From contig OY970194.1 in the NCBI GenBank assembly GCA_963708075.1, forward strand, positions 1,696,001 to 1,760,000: a stretch of DNA of 64,000 nucleotides, written 5' to 3'. How positions within the stretch are numbered: the first letter of the stretch is position 1; every line of letters starts with the position of its first letter. This stretch comes from Sedimentisphaerales bacterium. GTDB lineage: Bacteria; Planctomycetota; Phycisphaerae; Sedimentisphaerales; Anaerobacaceae. This document shows, one piece after another, positions 1 to 10,533 of the stretch. The notes beneath the pieces were generated by a model. That model did no database searches and was not told the origin of the DNA. It was given only the letters and a program-made list of their open reading frames with translations. The translations under genes and the position numbers were made by a program.

Positions 1-896
1 TGCAGCACGCGACGCACGCCGGTGAATACGCTGCCGTGATCCTCGCTTGGCAACGGCCGCAGGCATGTCGTTTCCCTGGGCCACATCTTCGCATATCCCG
101 GACTCTGGTACGCCGATCCGGCTATATACTGTCGAAAACCTGCCTCCCACCGCAACATCCGCGAGAAGCTGACCTGGGGATCCTGGCAGTACTCAATCCA
201 ATGCTTGGGGAAGTAGCACGTTCGCAGACCCCTTGCCAGAAGTCCGACCGCCGGGCGGTCTACACCCGTCGTGCGCCGAATCTCGGGCTGGTGCATCAGG
301 CACAACTCCCGGATCGCACGAAACAGCAGGAAGGCAGTCGGCACGGGGAAACCGAACGACCATTCGTTGTCGATGACCACCCACCGATCTCCATCCACCA
401 GGATATTCCGAGGGCTCAAGTCCAGCAGGCCGCGAGACAGGCAATCCACGGAGAGATCGTCATTCCCAGGTTTCTCACCCGCGATCGTGGAAAGAAACTC
501 CGAAGGGCAGCCGCGGCTGAGCCTCAGTCCACAAACCTTGCGAACGTAGAGCCCAAGGAGGTCATCGGCCCTGGCACAATGACCGGAACCGAGTTCGCGC
601 CCGATGCTCTGGGCCAACGAAGCCTGAGCGAGATACTCGTAAAGGATCCCTTCCTCTCGCAGGCTGCCGCACAACACGTGGAAGTGTCCCTGAAGGTACT
701 CGGCGTTCTCACGCTCTCGGACCGTGATCAATTCCAGGAATGCCCGCGCCTCCTCCGTGGCGGCCACCTTGTACACGACGTTTCTGCCCTGCTCTTGCAC
801 CAGAATCGTCCGCGTGTGAAACCGGCGCAGGCGATGACAGGAATCGGCAAGAATGGTGCCACTGAGCAGATTTGGGCTCCCGTGAATGCCTTGCAT
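1..896 (-). CDS. Kinase-like protein of the polysaccharide cluster (3' end runs off the window; absent from the ORF track)
   Basis: Manual translation from ATG 896 is open to the window edge (MQGIHGSPNLL...). Contains VVYKVA, ILYEY and DLSPRNILVDGDRWVVIDNEW, resembling protein-kinase-like catalytic and metal-binding loops. Confidence 0.7.
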   Translation of the reverse strand, partial: MQGIHGSPNLLSGTILADSCHRLRRFHTRTILVQEQGRNVVYKVAATEEARAFLELITVRERENAEYLQGHFHVLCGSLREEGILYEYLAQASLAQSIGRELGSGHCARADDLLGLYVRKVCGLRLSRGCPSEFLSTIAGEKPGNDDLSVDCLSRGLLDLSPRNILVDGDRWVVIDNEWSFGFPVPTAFLLFRAIRELCLMHQPEIRRTTGVDRPAVGLLARGLRTCYFPKHWIEYCQDPQVSFSRMLRWEAGFRQYIAGSAYQSPGYAKMWPRETTCLRPLPSEDHGSVFTGVRRVL

Positions 897-927
897 CCGA
901 TCTCGATTGCCTGCGTCCGGGGACCTG

Positions 928-1743
928 CTACCGGCCTCCGCAGATCCGCCTCAATTTCGCTTTTGCGCCTCGGATCTTACGTCGCCAGCCCACGTAGTAC
1001 TTCACATCCCACGGGTCATCCAAAATGTTGCTCACGACCTCGTTGTGCCATCTCTTGGCATCGTCCATGCTGCGTATGCCATGGCTGGCCACCGTGGCGC
1101 TCATCTTCAGCCATTCATCCAGCCTGCCCGCAAACATGAACCGCGGCGACCATGGATAGTCCATGTGTTCCGCGCAGAGCGGCGGGACATAGAACCCGTT
1201 GACATAGCCTTTGAGCGCCAACCGTCTGCCAAAGCTCGTGCCACCCATACCCTCAAAGCCCAGGTCACGCAGCGTCTTGAGCTTGACCAGCCCACATCCA
1301 TCGGTCCAGGGATGCCGAAGAATCCGATGTCGCCCGAACGTCTGGATCTTGTGCTGAGCCCGCGCTTCATCGTAGAATTCCGGGCCCAGATGCCAGCAGG
1401 AGATCTGTCCGAGTTCGGGAACGTCCGCGTGAGCCTGAGCGATGACGCGGCTCCAGCCGGTCGGAAAGATGAAATCGTTGGCTACGAAACCCACCAAATC
1501 TGCCTTCGACTTCGTGAGAGTCTCGTTGACCGCTCCATTCACGTGGACATTCGCCCGCGATAGTACTTTTCTTGCGATCCGCGGATCTTCCACGGACGCG
1601 AGATACTCCTGGACACCATCGGTCGACGCATTATCCCAGATCGTCAGGGAGAACTCCTCCGTTGGGTCTGCCAGGATAGACTGCAGCGCCAATTTCGTGT
1701 ATGCGAGACGGTTATAGCTCACAAAGAGCAAATCAATCTTCAT
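928..1743 (-). CDS. Glycosyltransferase family 2
   Basis: N-terminal LLFVSYNR...IWDNASTDG GT2 motif; located in a sugar biosynthesis operon. Confidence 0.9.
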   Translation of the reverse strand: MKIDLLFVSYNRLAYTKLALQSILADPTEEFSLTIWDNASTDGVQEYLASVEDPRIARKVLSRANVHVNGAVNETLTKSKADLVGFVANDFIFPTGWSRVIAQAHADVPELGQISCWHLGPEFYDEARAQHKIQTFGRHRILRHPWTDGCGLVKLKTLRDLGFEGMGGTSFGRRLALKGYVNGFYVPPLCAEHMDYPWSPRFMFAGRLDEWLKMSATVASHGIRSMDDAKRWHNEVVSNILDDPWDVKYYVGWRRKIRGAKAKLRRICGGR

Positions 1744-1889
1744 TGGAGGAGATCACTCCCGGCACATTGTTGCATGGCTGCAAACGACATATGAGTACAA
1801 AGACGTAGTGCGATACAATATCGTGCGGGCATCGCACACGCAAGCAGTTTTCTGGTGCCCCTGGCGAATCCACCTATCACCAGCAAGAT

Positions 1890-3446
1890 TCATTTCCTGG
1901 CCTCGCCGGCGACCTGCGTGCGCGGAAGCAAGCGTCTGACCTGCTCCCTCAGAGTTTGCCGTTCCTGCCCACTCATCACAAATACATATGTGGCTATGCC
2001 GTACACACCGATCAGCGCAAAAACCAGAACTAGCCAGGAGAGCCAGCCATTCACGTTTCCGGGAATCTGCAACAAGTACCCAAAGATACATGTGGCCACC
2101 AAAACCATGCATCGGCGCAAACACGTGCGGACATAGTAATCGATCAGGCCTATCTTCAGTACACGACACACGTACCACGTGCAGGCCAGGCCGCGGACCA
2201 ATATTACGCCAATAGTATAACCCCAGGCGACACCGACCAAGCCCATCCTCCAGCCTAGCAGGATGCTCAACGCAATCCCCCCAACACCTTCTACACCCGC
2301 GAAAATCGCCTGGACACCCTGACGGCCAGTGCCGCCGAGAAACAGGTTGTTTGCATATAGAGTGCTTTCCACCCAACAGCCTACGCCCAAAACAATCAGC
2401 ACAGAACTGGCAGTCTCAAACGCAAATCCCGCGGGCATCCACAAACGGATGAATGCCGGCCCTGCAAGCAGGACCTGCAGGATGATTCCAGAAGCGAGCA
2501 TGCTGCTGTAACGCGTGGTCTTTTGAAAGAGTTGTGCGACCCCTGCGTGGTTGTTCTCCCCGTCGAGGAGTGCAAACCTGGGCCAGGACACTTGAAGCGG
2601 CGCCCACACGATCTGCCTGACCTTGGCGATAAGCAGGGCCGCCACAGCGTAGATTGCCACGGCCTCGAGGGATACCAGCTTGCCGATGACAAGCTTCTGG
2701 TTCTGCAACGACATGCTGTAGGCCATATTGCCGATCACGTTCAGAGCGCCGAATCTGAACAACTCACTGAGCCGCTGCCATTTGACCAGCCCTATCCCTA
2801 TGTGAATCTCCGGACACTCCTTGCGGAATGCGAAAACACTAAGCAACAGGGTGACAACTGTACTGGCGACGACCACCCAGCCCATCTCGGCTAACCCGCG
2901 ATCAAGGAGCAGACATGCCGTAAGGCCGCCCGCGTAAAGAATCGCATTGGCGACGGTGATAAGATTGGCGGTAACCCACTTCTCGCGAGCCCGCAGGGTG
3001 GCGTCGAATATCCGCATCGGGCATTCCATCGCCGCAGCCACGCCCAGGATTCGAACAAGGACCGAAAGCGACCGGCCCCCCTCGTAGAATCGCGCCACCG
3101 GTTCCGCGATCACTGTGGAGATCAGCAGAATCACTACGCCCACAACCATGAACATGGCCAAGCCTGTGCTGATGACTTGGCCCGTGGCCTCGTTTTCCCT
3201 GCGTCCGGCGTAGAACGGTACATAGCGCATAATGCCCGCCCCCACGCTCAGCCGCAATAACCCGTAGTAGCCCACCAGCGATATCACCAGGCTCCAGATC
3301 CCGTAATCGGTCTCGCCCAGTTGCGAGAACAGAAAAGGTGTCAGCAGCAGTCCGATAGCCGTGTTGACCACCAGCGGAAACCAGTTGCTCATCGCATTGA
3401 CCGCCAATGAACGACGACGGTCAATACCTGATGCATTTGTTTTCAA
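1890..3446 (-). CDS. Oligosaccharide flippase (Wzx/MATE-like)
   Basis: 518 aa with many hydrophobic helices; LG...YGIW and VAIYAVA motifs typical of polysaccharide flippases. Confidence 0.85.
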   Translation of the reverse strand: MKTNASGIDRRRSLAVNAMSNWFPLVVNTAIGLLLTPFLFSQLGETDYGIWSLVISLVGYYGLLRLSVGAGIMRYVPFYAGRRENEATGQVISTGLAMFMVVGVVILLISTVIAEPVARFYEGGRSLSVLVRILGVAAAMECPMRIFDATLRAREKWVTANLITVANAILYAGGLTACLLLDRGLAEMGWVVVASTVVTLLLSVFAFRKECPEIHIGIGLVKWQRLSELFRFGALNVIGNMAYSMSLQNQKLVIGKLVSLEAVAIYAVAALLIAKVRQIVWAPLQVSWPRFALLDGENNHAGVAQLFQKTTRYSSMLASGIILQVLLAGPAFIRLWMPAGFAFETASSVLIVLGVGCWVESTLYANNLFLGGTGRQGVQAIFAGVEGVGGIALSILLGWRMGLVGVAWGYTIGVILVRGLACTWYVCRVLKIGLIDYYVRTCLRRCMVLVATCIFGYLLQIPGNVNGWLSWLVLVFALIGVYGIATYVFVMSGQERQTLREQVRRLLPRTQVAGEARK

Positions 3447-3484
3447 GTGTTCTTACCTGCCTTCGTCAGATGTTAGTCTCAGGT

Positions 3485-4669
3485 TCAGCTTCGGTTTCCA
3501 CGAAAAGCCTGGATACTTCTGGTGATATATCTCTGCTTCTCATCAGATAGCTCCGGGTAGATTGGCAAAGCGACACTCAGAAGCTCAGCAGTGAGCGCGT
3601 TGGGGAAAGCCGCCTCATCGAGCGCGTACTTTCGCTTGTAATATGCGACCCTGCTCATGGCCTGAGCACCGCCTACCGTGGCAATGCCCCTTTGAGCCAG
3701 ATACTCTATGAAGTCGTTCCTCTGCCTGTGAGTACTCTTTATCGAACTCAATTGCTGTTTGTGGACGACATCGCGAGGATTGAAAAGACAGACATATGAC
3801 TGGTAACCATGCCTGCGACCCGGCGGCTCCGTAGGGGTCATCAACCAGTCAAGCGAACTGAGGTCCTTGTCATACCGCTCGGCCAGCTGGCGTCTTCTCT
3901 CCAAAATGGTCGGGATTTTCTGGATCTGCACTACACCGAGACTCGCATGAATGTCGCTCATCTTGTAGTTGAAGCCCAGGACCTCATAGGACGGTAGGAC
4001 ATGAACACCGTTGTGATGTCTCTCCCAAGCAGAAACAGACGCCCCGTAGTTTCTGAGAATCTTCACCTTCTTTTCGATTTTCTCATCGTTGGTCACGACC
4101 ATGCCACCCTCAGCTGTGGTGATCATCTTTCGCGGGTGGAAACTGAAAATGCCTGCATTTCCAAATCCGCCTATGTGCCTTCCCCTGTAATATGCTCCCA
4201 ATCCCAATGCGCCGTCTTCGATAACCTTTAGGCGGTGTTTCCGGGCTATTCGCATAATCGGGTTCATATCGACGGAAAGACCGAAAAGGTGCACGGGGAT
4301 GATGGCCTTCGTCCTGTCGCTGATGGCCTCTTCGACTTGACGCGGGTCCAGCGAAAAAGTGGCCAGATCGATGTCCACGAGGACCGGCTTGGCATGTATG
4401 TATTCAATGGGGTTCACCCCTGCGCAACACGTGAAAGCAGAAGTGATCACCTCGTCGCCGGGTCGAATTCCACACGCTATCATCGCCACGTGCAAGGCGG
4501 CTGTACCAGAGTTGACCGAACTGGCATATGAAGTGCCAACATATGCGCTAAACCGGGCTTCAAATTCCTGTGCCTTTGGGCCCTGCGATATCCACCCGCT
4601 CTTGATCGATTGGATGACGGACTCTATCTCGCGACAATCAAAAGCCGGCTTAGCTATGGGTATTCTCAT
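3485..4669 (-). CDS. DegT/DnrJ/EryC1/StrS PLP-dependent sugar aminotransferase
   Basis: SGWISQGP, NSGTAALH, FSFHPRKMITTAEGG and GFNYKMS motifs. Confidence 0.95.
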   Translation of the reverse strand: MRIPIAKPAFDCREIESVIQSIKSGWISQGPKAQEFEARFSAYVGTSYASSVNSGTAALHVAMIACGIRPGDEVITSAFTCCAGVNPIEYIHAKPVLVDIDLATFSLDPRQVEEAISDRTKAIIPVHLFGLSVDMNPIMRIARKHRLKVIEDGALGLGAYYRGRHIGGFGNAGIFSFHPRKMITTAEGGMVVTNDEKIEKKVKILRNYGASVSAWERHHNGVHVLPSYEVLGFNYKMSDIHASLGVVQIQKIPTILERRRQLAERYDKDLSSLDWLMTPTEPPGRRHGYQSYVCLFNPRDVVHKQQLSSIKSTHRQRNDFIEYLAQRGIATVGGAQAMSRVAYYKRKYALDEAAFPNALTAELLSVALPIYPELSDEKQRYITRSIQAFRGNRS

Positions 4670-5304
4670 TTAGATTTCCTCACGGACCTCGCGGGATTTC
4701 CCACGACTGTCTCGAACGGAGCTACGTCTTTCAGAACAACGGCGCCCGCACCAACAATCGCGTTCTCGCCGATCCTGACAAACTCAATAATAGTAGCTCC
4801 AATGCCGATGAAGGCCCCCTTCTTGATTTTGACACAACCAGCCATACAGGCACCTGGAGCAATGTGAACGAAGTCATCCACTACACAATCGTGCTCAACA
4901 ATCGCGGACGTGTTGATGAGCGAGCCCTTTCCAATCCGCGCACCGCTGTTTACGACGGCATTCACGGCAACCATGCTTCCTTCGCCCAGGCTTGCATCAC
5001 CGGACACATGGGCATCAGGGTGAACCAAGGTAAGCGGTTCATGACCCAGAGAGTTGAGTCTCTCCCACATGGCCTTGCGAGTTCTCGGGGTCGCGGTGCC
5101 GATCACAAATGCGCAGCCAGCAAAGTCGGGCTCCCTTAAGCGGTTGGTCCCTCCGAGAACAGGGCAGCCCGCTCGGCACGAGCCGTGGAGTTCAGCATCG
5201 TCATCCAGAATCCCTATTACGCGGTACCCATCAAGTTGACGCAGGAGGTCTATTGTCACCTTGCAGTGCCCGCCCGCACCTAATAAAAGAACGTTCTTCT
5301 CCAT
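4666..5304 (-). CDS. Sugar acetyltransferase, NeuD/PglD family
   Basis: LGAGGHCK, VEHDCVV, hexapeptide repeats and VVGNPAR; start placed at ATG 5304. Confidence 0.9.
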   Translation of the reverse strand: MEKNVLLLGAGGHCKVTIDLLRQLDGYRVIGILDDDAELHGSCRAGCPVLGGTNRLREPDFAGCAFVIGTATPRTRKAMWERLNSLGHEPLTLVHPDAHVSGDASLGEGSMVAVNAVVNSGARIGKGSLINTSAIVEHDCVVDDFVHIAPGACMAGCVKIKKGAFIGIGATIIEFVRIGENAIVGAGAVVLKDVAPFETVVGNPARSVRKSK

Positions 5305-5437
5305 TCTCTTCACGTCCCTATATGGTTCGATGGTTCCTCCCGAATATTGTATATTTTGCCTATCAGTTGTTGCCGATCTTCCGTATTTCCTTGGCAGGCA
5401 CACACGCGATGATAATGCCTCACGGGGTGCTCAGGTT

Positions 5438-5735
5438 GACGGCGTCGATGGCCACGGTTCAAGATGCCGCCAGCTTACCGATGACGACCACCTCGTTCTG
5501 CAGCGACACGGCGTAAGTTATGTTGCCAATGATGTTCAGTGTGGCGAACTTGAACAACGCGCTGAGTCGCTGTCATCTGACCAACCCAGTCCCCTGATGA
5601 ACCTCGTGGCACTGCTTGCGAAATATGAAGATGCCAAGCAGCAAATTGATCACCGTGCTGATGACTTGGTCCGCCGCCTTGTTCTCCCTGCGTCCAGCGC
5701 ATAATAGCATACAATGCATTATGCGCGGCTCCACA
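5438..5735 (-). pseudogene. Degenerate, internally deleted paralogue of the flippase gene
   Basis: By eye, 5440-5660 aligns to about 2646-2868 and 5655-5730 to about 3166-3245; the TGG of VKWQ is changed to TGA. Confidence 0.75.
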
Positions 5736-5773
5736 GCATCCTGCCGTGAACCGTTAAGCCATCCGTATTGAGA

Positions 5774-7002
5774 CTAGTGGTTCATGACATTCGTACCTGT
5801 GGGTAAAGGCGTCCGAGCTTGATGCGGGCGTCCTTCGTCGTGAATTGCCAGTCTACCCCGCGTTGACGAGCGTTGCGGTCCCGAGCCCACGGAGTCACCT
5901 TGCGGACCAGAGCCGTAAGGCTCGGGGTACGGGTCCGAAGGCATTGGCGTGTCAGGACGCTCAATTCGCATTCGGCGATGTTGAGCCAACTGCCATGCTT
6001 GGGCGTGTAGTGGATTTCCAGTCGCTGGGCCAAGCGACGTGCCTTATCCGCAGGGAAAGCCTTGTACAGCGAAGCGACCGTATGGGTGTTGAGATTGTCA
6101 CAAATCAAGATCACTTTCTCGGCTTGGACATAACGGCCCTCCAGCAACGCGGCCACTTCCTGCGCCCAGTCCACCGCCGTACGCCGGACACGAACGCTGA
6201 CCTGTCGCCAGCCCTGCAAAGCTTCGGTAAATAGAAACACACAGGCCGTGCCCGCCCGCTCATACTCGTGATCCTACCGTCGCGGGTGCCCCGGCTCCGC
6301 CGCCAGGGGCCGGCGAGTTTCCTTCACCAGTTGCACGGGTTGTTCATCCATCTCGACCACCGGGTGTTTCGGATCATACGGGCGTTCGTACAGATCCAAA
6401 ACATCCTCCATGCACGCGACGAACTCCGCATCGGCCTCGGGCGCAATTACCCAGCACTCCTGGAGGTCCGGCCGCAGTTGGTTCTTTTTTAGCGTGCGTC
6501 GCACCATCTGGTCACTGATCGAATCGACCACCTCCAGGGCAACCAGACGTTCGGCCAGCAGCTTGAGGGTCCAGTGGTCTCGCCCTTCGGGCGGGGAGCT
6601 ACACGCCAAGGCAATCAGCCGGGCCTCTCCCTGGCCGTCGAGTTTCGCCGGGTGCGAGGGCTGGGCCTGCTTCTTGCGTTGTAGGGCAGCCGCCAAACCC
6701 TCCAGCATCAGCCGTCGCCGTACGTTCTCTACGCTACGCACGTGGCAGGAAAACGCCTCGGGAATCGGTCGGTCCGGCCACGCCGGTCCGTTCACATCAG
6801 CCGCCAGCAAGATATGGGCATGCTTGATCTTGTAGGCTGCGGCCTTGCCTTTCTTGACCATCGCTTCCAGTTCTACGCGTTCTTCGGCTGTGAGCCGAAC
6901 AATGTACTTCTTCTGCAACAGTGTTCTCCGTCAAAGCTGTCCTTCCTCTAACGGAGAGTATACACGCACAGACCTCTAAAATCAACAGTCATGAACCACT
7001 AG
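5774..7002 (-). mobile_element. IS630-family insertion sequence (~1.23 kb)
   Basis: Perfect 15-bp terminal inverted repeats CTAGTGGTTCATGAC (5774-5788 and 6988-7002) including the CTAG/TA target; transposase inside. Confidence 0.92.
5782..6918 (-). pseudogene. IS630 transposase interrupted by an in-frame TAG at 6274-6276
   Basis: ORFs 6274..6918 and 5782..6240 share one frame: ...PGHPRR*DHEYERAGTACVF...; DDE motifs MDEQ, CDNLNTH and SWLNIAECE. Confidence 0.9.
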
Positions 7003-8090
7003 AAGTAGTAAAGCGGCTCCGAATTGGGGATCCCGGTCTGTTTTTCGGACGGTCCTCTCTCCTTTATTGCCACTTGGCGCTGAGGCAAGGAACGGGAATA
7101 TCTCGCTTGTTCAAGCTGCAGGACCCTGGACAGGAGATCCTGGCACACTGCCACCGGGTTCAGTCCAAATCGCTGGCGCAGGCTTTTGACCATATCTGTT
7201 GGAACAACGGGCCGGCCGTTCGCATCGGTCATACGTTCGATCGCGACAAATCCCTGGGGCGTGAGAACGAGAATCTCGCCCGACGCCCGACGCTCGACGA
7301 CCTGGCCCGGGACACCCAAATACGGGTAAGGGCTCGCCTCGGCATGCGCCCTCCATATCACAACTTGCCTTCCCTCAAAGAAGGTGTACGCACCAGCAAA
7401 TGGTGTGGACGAGGCGCGAATCAGACGACAGATCGCATCCGCAGGCAGTGACCAGTCGATCAGGCCGTCCTCGGGCCTTCGCGGATAACACCGAAGTGTC
7501 AAGGCTGGATCAGCGGGCTGCGGTTTCGGTATGATGTCGCCGGTTTCGAGACCTCCGAGCGCTTCACAAAACATCTGCGGGACCAAGCACTCGCAATCGC
7601 TGATGAGATCTCCCACGTATGTTGACTCCGTTATCGGCACCTGTCTGCGTACCAGGATTGCCCCTGAATCGAGGACACTCGGCTCCATCTTGTGAACGCA
7701 CAGACCCATGTACGGCTCATTCTGAAGAATCGCATAGGCATAAGGGGCGTTGCCCCGATACCGGGGTAGATCACCCGCATGACAATTGAGCACGCCACGG
7801 GGAAACAGATCACACACTCGCTCTTTGATGACGGTCAACCAGTTGACGCTGACCGCGACCTCGGCGCCAGCGCGAGCAAGCTTAGCTACGATTTCATCCG
7901 AATTGACTGCTGCGGAATCGAAGAAATCCACCGCGAATTCAGCCGCCAGCCGAGCGAAATCAGCCTCCTTGATCTCAGACTCAGGCGAAGCTCGGCATGT
8001 TCCCACAATTCGCGGAATGTGACCCGCTGCCACTAAAGCCTTTATGCTGTCGTAGAGAATCCGCGTGCGACCGAAAGCTGCAAAACGCAT
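6999..8090 (-). CDS. Formyltransferase (Fmt-like; probable sugar N-formyltransferase)
   Basis: LNCHAGDLPRYRG, LDSG and IDWS...IRA...AYTF motifs; sugar-pathway context. Confidence 0.85.
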   Translation of the reverse strand: MRFAAFGRTRILYDSIKALVAAGHIPRIVGTCRASPESEIKEADFARLAAEFAVDFFDSAAVNSDEIVAKLARAGAEVAVSVNWLTVIKERVCDLFPRGVLNCHAGDLPRYRGNAPYAYAILQNEPYMGLCVHKMEPSVLDSGAILVRRQVPITESTYVGDLISDCECLVPQMFCEALGGLETGDIIPKPQPADPALTLRCYPRRPEDGLIDWSLPADAICRLIRASSTPFAGAYTFFEGRQVVIWRAHAEASPYPYLGVPGQVVERRASGEILVLTPQGFVAIERMTDANGRPVVPTDMVKSLRQRFGLNPVAVCQDLLSRVLQLEQARYSRSLPQRQVAIKERGPSEKQTGIPNSEPLYYF

Positions 8091-8115
8091 GGAGTTACCC
8101 TTCCTTGAGAGACTC

Positions 8116-9147
8116 TCACTGTACAATTTGCGCGAACGGACAGCACCGGCAAACAGTCGCCTGCGCGTCCACAGGATCCGCTGTGGACTTTCGGATACGC
8201 GCGGCGACTTCCCCAACCTTGAGCCCTGCCGTGTGCAGATCTACAACCGGTCGCGGACCCAATGCAGCCAAGGTCCAGGCCATGCGGTGTGGCGGCACGG
8301 GGTCTCCTGGATAGACAAATATGCCGTTTGCCTGCAATCCCGGTACGTCAATTAGACCGGCAAACTGAACCACCTTGACCGCAGGTGCTGCGGCGGCAAG
8401 GTCGCCGGGGGTGAGATCACCCTGTGCCCCGATGATATAGTCCTCCCGTGTGTAATCGCATATGACAAGCGCGTCAGCCGTTCCCAAAGCGCTGGGAGGA
8501 AGGCTCTTCAGGCTTTGCGCGAGACACACATCTACACCCGCTCGTCTGAGATTCTCTTCGATTTCCACACCAAATTTATCGCCGCCGATGACGAAGATCC
8601 TGTTCCTATGGATTTCAATACCCGCCTCAAGAAGCAGTTTCAGGGCAAGCCAGCCACTGTACGCAAAGACATCCACCGTCGGATGGTACTCATCCGTGCC
8701 CAGCACGAGGATGCCTTTTCTTCTGCATGCATATAGATCAATATCGCCGGGCCGAAACTCCCATGCCTCACACATCAAAGGCACAACCGCGGTTGGTTTC
8801 ATCGCTTCCACAGCCCCGGCGTCAATCGGGCGAATAAAACCCAGGTTTGTGACTATATCCGCCCGGGCAAACAGATCGGGTGTACGCTCCGTGTGTATTT
8901 CCACGGCAGCATCTACTCCAAACCTGGATGCAAGTTCTCGAGTCTGCGCGATCACGGCATCCACAGAGGCGTAACGCGATTCTCCTGTCACGGCGATCAC
9001 GCGCTGTGCTCCTGCAAGTGCGGCAATGATCGGCGTGACAACGTACGCACCACTGGCCGCCTCCGTCAGTACGGTAAGCCCTGACAAATCCAGGCCGAAC
9101 GCGGCAACAGTCTCCGGAATCAACTTCACTATGCGCGCATCATTCAC
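8116..9147 (-). CDS. Hypothetical protein with Rossmann-like segments
   Basis: GTG start at 9147 with GAGGA upstream; protein-like composition (VLTEAASG, VTNLGFIRP, IFVIGGDKFG); same strand as the operon. Confidence 0.7.
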   Translation of the reverse strand: MNDARIVKLIPETVAAFGLDLSGLTVLTEAASGAYVVTPIIAALAGAQRVIAVTGESRYASVDAVIAQTRELASRFGVDAAVEIHTERTPDLFARADIVTNLGFIRPIDAGAVEAMKPTAVVPLMCEAWEFRPGDIDLYACRRKGILVLGTDEYHPTVDVFAYSGWLALKLLLEAGIEIHRNRIFVIGGDKFGVEIEENLRRAGVDVCLAQSLKSLPPSALGTADALVICDYTREDYIIGAQGDLTPGDLAAAAPAVKVVQFAGLIDVPGLQANGIFVYPGDPVPPHRMAWTLAALGPRPVVDLHTAGLKVGEVAARIRKSTADPVDAQATVCRCCPFAQIVQ

Positions 9148-9304
9148 CGGCCCCGTCCTCCATGAAGTCTTGGCATGATCCGGCACAGTAGATAAGCTCT
9201 GTTGTCGCAGGACACGAACGTTGCAAGTACTTTCGTTTGACCCCATATCGTAGATCCCTCCTCGATGTGGGACGGAGTGATCAGCCCAAGATGCCTTCGG
9301 CTGG

Positions 9305-9585
9305 TCGATTTCCGCGATCTTCCGCACTTCCTTTGCAGGCACGCCGGCGACGATAGTGGCTGGGGGGACGCTGCGGGTGACGAGGTCCCCGAGAACGCGG
9401 GAATCCAGTCCCCCAAGAGCCGAAAGAAACATCACCCCCTCGCCTCCTGTATCCACACTCACGCGCAAATGATGAACAATGAGGACACGGCCCCTGGCGC
9501 TGCGGCTGGGCAAGTCAGGACCGTGGATACGGTGTAGCGATACGAGCGAAAAGAAGGAACTTTTTCGCCGGGGAGAATATCATTG
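9305..9585 (-). pseudogene. Remnant of a hexapeptide-repeat acyltransferase
   Basis: Retains the characteristic C-terminal VTRSVPPATIVAGVPAKEVRKI but lacks the beta-helix core and an intact start. Confidence 0.5.
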
Positions 9586-9662
9586 TACGTGACAGGAACC
9601 TTAAATGGGTGACCCCGAAGTCCCAGGAACAGTGTTGTCGGGGCTCCTCCACGGCATCCGCT

Positions 9663-10292
9663 TCACTGCGCGGCGTTCGCTTCCGGGCCAACGCGCTCCA
9701 GCCACGCTTCTTTCCAGAAACAAAAGCACATTCGCTTGCAGCCGGCGATGCGATCCTCCAAATCTGGCGCAGGCTGGCAATACACTTTGTCCAGGAGCAC
9801 GGTGTTCTTCAGCTTCAGTATCCGGCGCGATCGTTCGTCGAAGAACCGATCGACACGCGTCAGCACAGTGTACGTGCCTCCGCAATACCGCTCCATGGTC
9901 GCGGCGGTGTAGTGCATACCCTCGTAACGGTTGTGGCTGTCCAACGTCGACCGTATCTCAGCCGGAAGCTTCACCCGAACTCGGTCTCCTGGTTGCAGCG
10001 CCGCCGGGAGCCCAGTTGAATCATGAATTTTGGACGCGGCCCTGGGCCGCGCGATACCTAGCACACGTCGGGCTTTCCGCACCGCCAATGTCGGATCATT
10101 CCACAGTCTGCGCGATGTGGCCCGCAAGTAGCGGCCCGTCTGGCACAAGCCCATCTGAAGCCTCTCCAAACGCGTGGTTCCCGCTACAGGCAGGACTCTC
10201 AGTTGACAGCGCATACAAGAAACCTCCTCCCGGACCAATGGAAACTGACAGGAATCTGACTCCTGAAGTTGGTCATGATTGTAGCACGTCAC
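9663..10292 (-). CDS. Hypothetical Cys-rich protein with an SH3-like C-terminal domain
   Basis: LQPGDRVRVK...MERYCG...RVDRFFDE...C...C.R.C...WKEAWLERV; start uncertain. Confidence 0.7.
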   Translation of the reverse strand: MTCYNHDQLQESDSCQFPLVREEVSCMRCQLRVLPVAGTTRLERLQMGLCQTGRYLRATSRRLWNDPTLAVRKARRVLGIARPRAASKIHDSTGLPAALQPGDRVRVKLPAEIRSTLDSHNRYEGMHYTAATMERYCGGTYTVLTRVDRFFDERSRRILKLKNTVLLDKVYCQPAPDLEDRIAGCKRMCFCFWKEAWLERVGPEANAAQ

Positions 10293-10533
10293 GCTCTGCC
10301 GTTAAACGGGAAACTGAAGGGCGTGTGAAATTCTCTTTCGGCGCGACGCCATTCCTCTGTCTGCAATGATTTATGAACGTTTGAAGAACGGAGACCGAGC
10401 ATAGGCACGCCAATGATCGCCGGCGTTCGTGACGAGACTCGCGGCGTCTACGGCCCAAACCACCTCGGCAACGCTGCGACACACGTAGGTGGACAGGATC
10501 ACCTCATCTCCCGCACGCGGCTGCCCTGCGGGA

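Noticed and set aside
36..1139. Long plus-strand ORF (likewise 17475..19670, 22911..24737, 29974..31713, 43142..45295, 55541..57196, 58302..60134)
   Set aside because: Antisense shadows of motif-bearing genes in GC-rich DNA; no recognisable domains.
6274..6276. In-frame TAG as pyrrolysine or programmed readthrough
   Set aside because: No pyl genes in view; a nonsense mutation in an IS is the simpler explanation.
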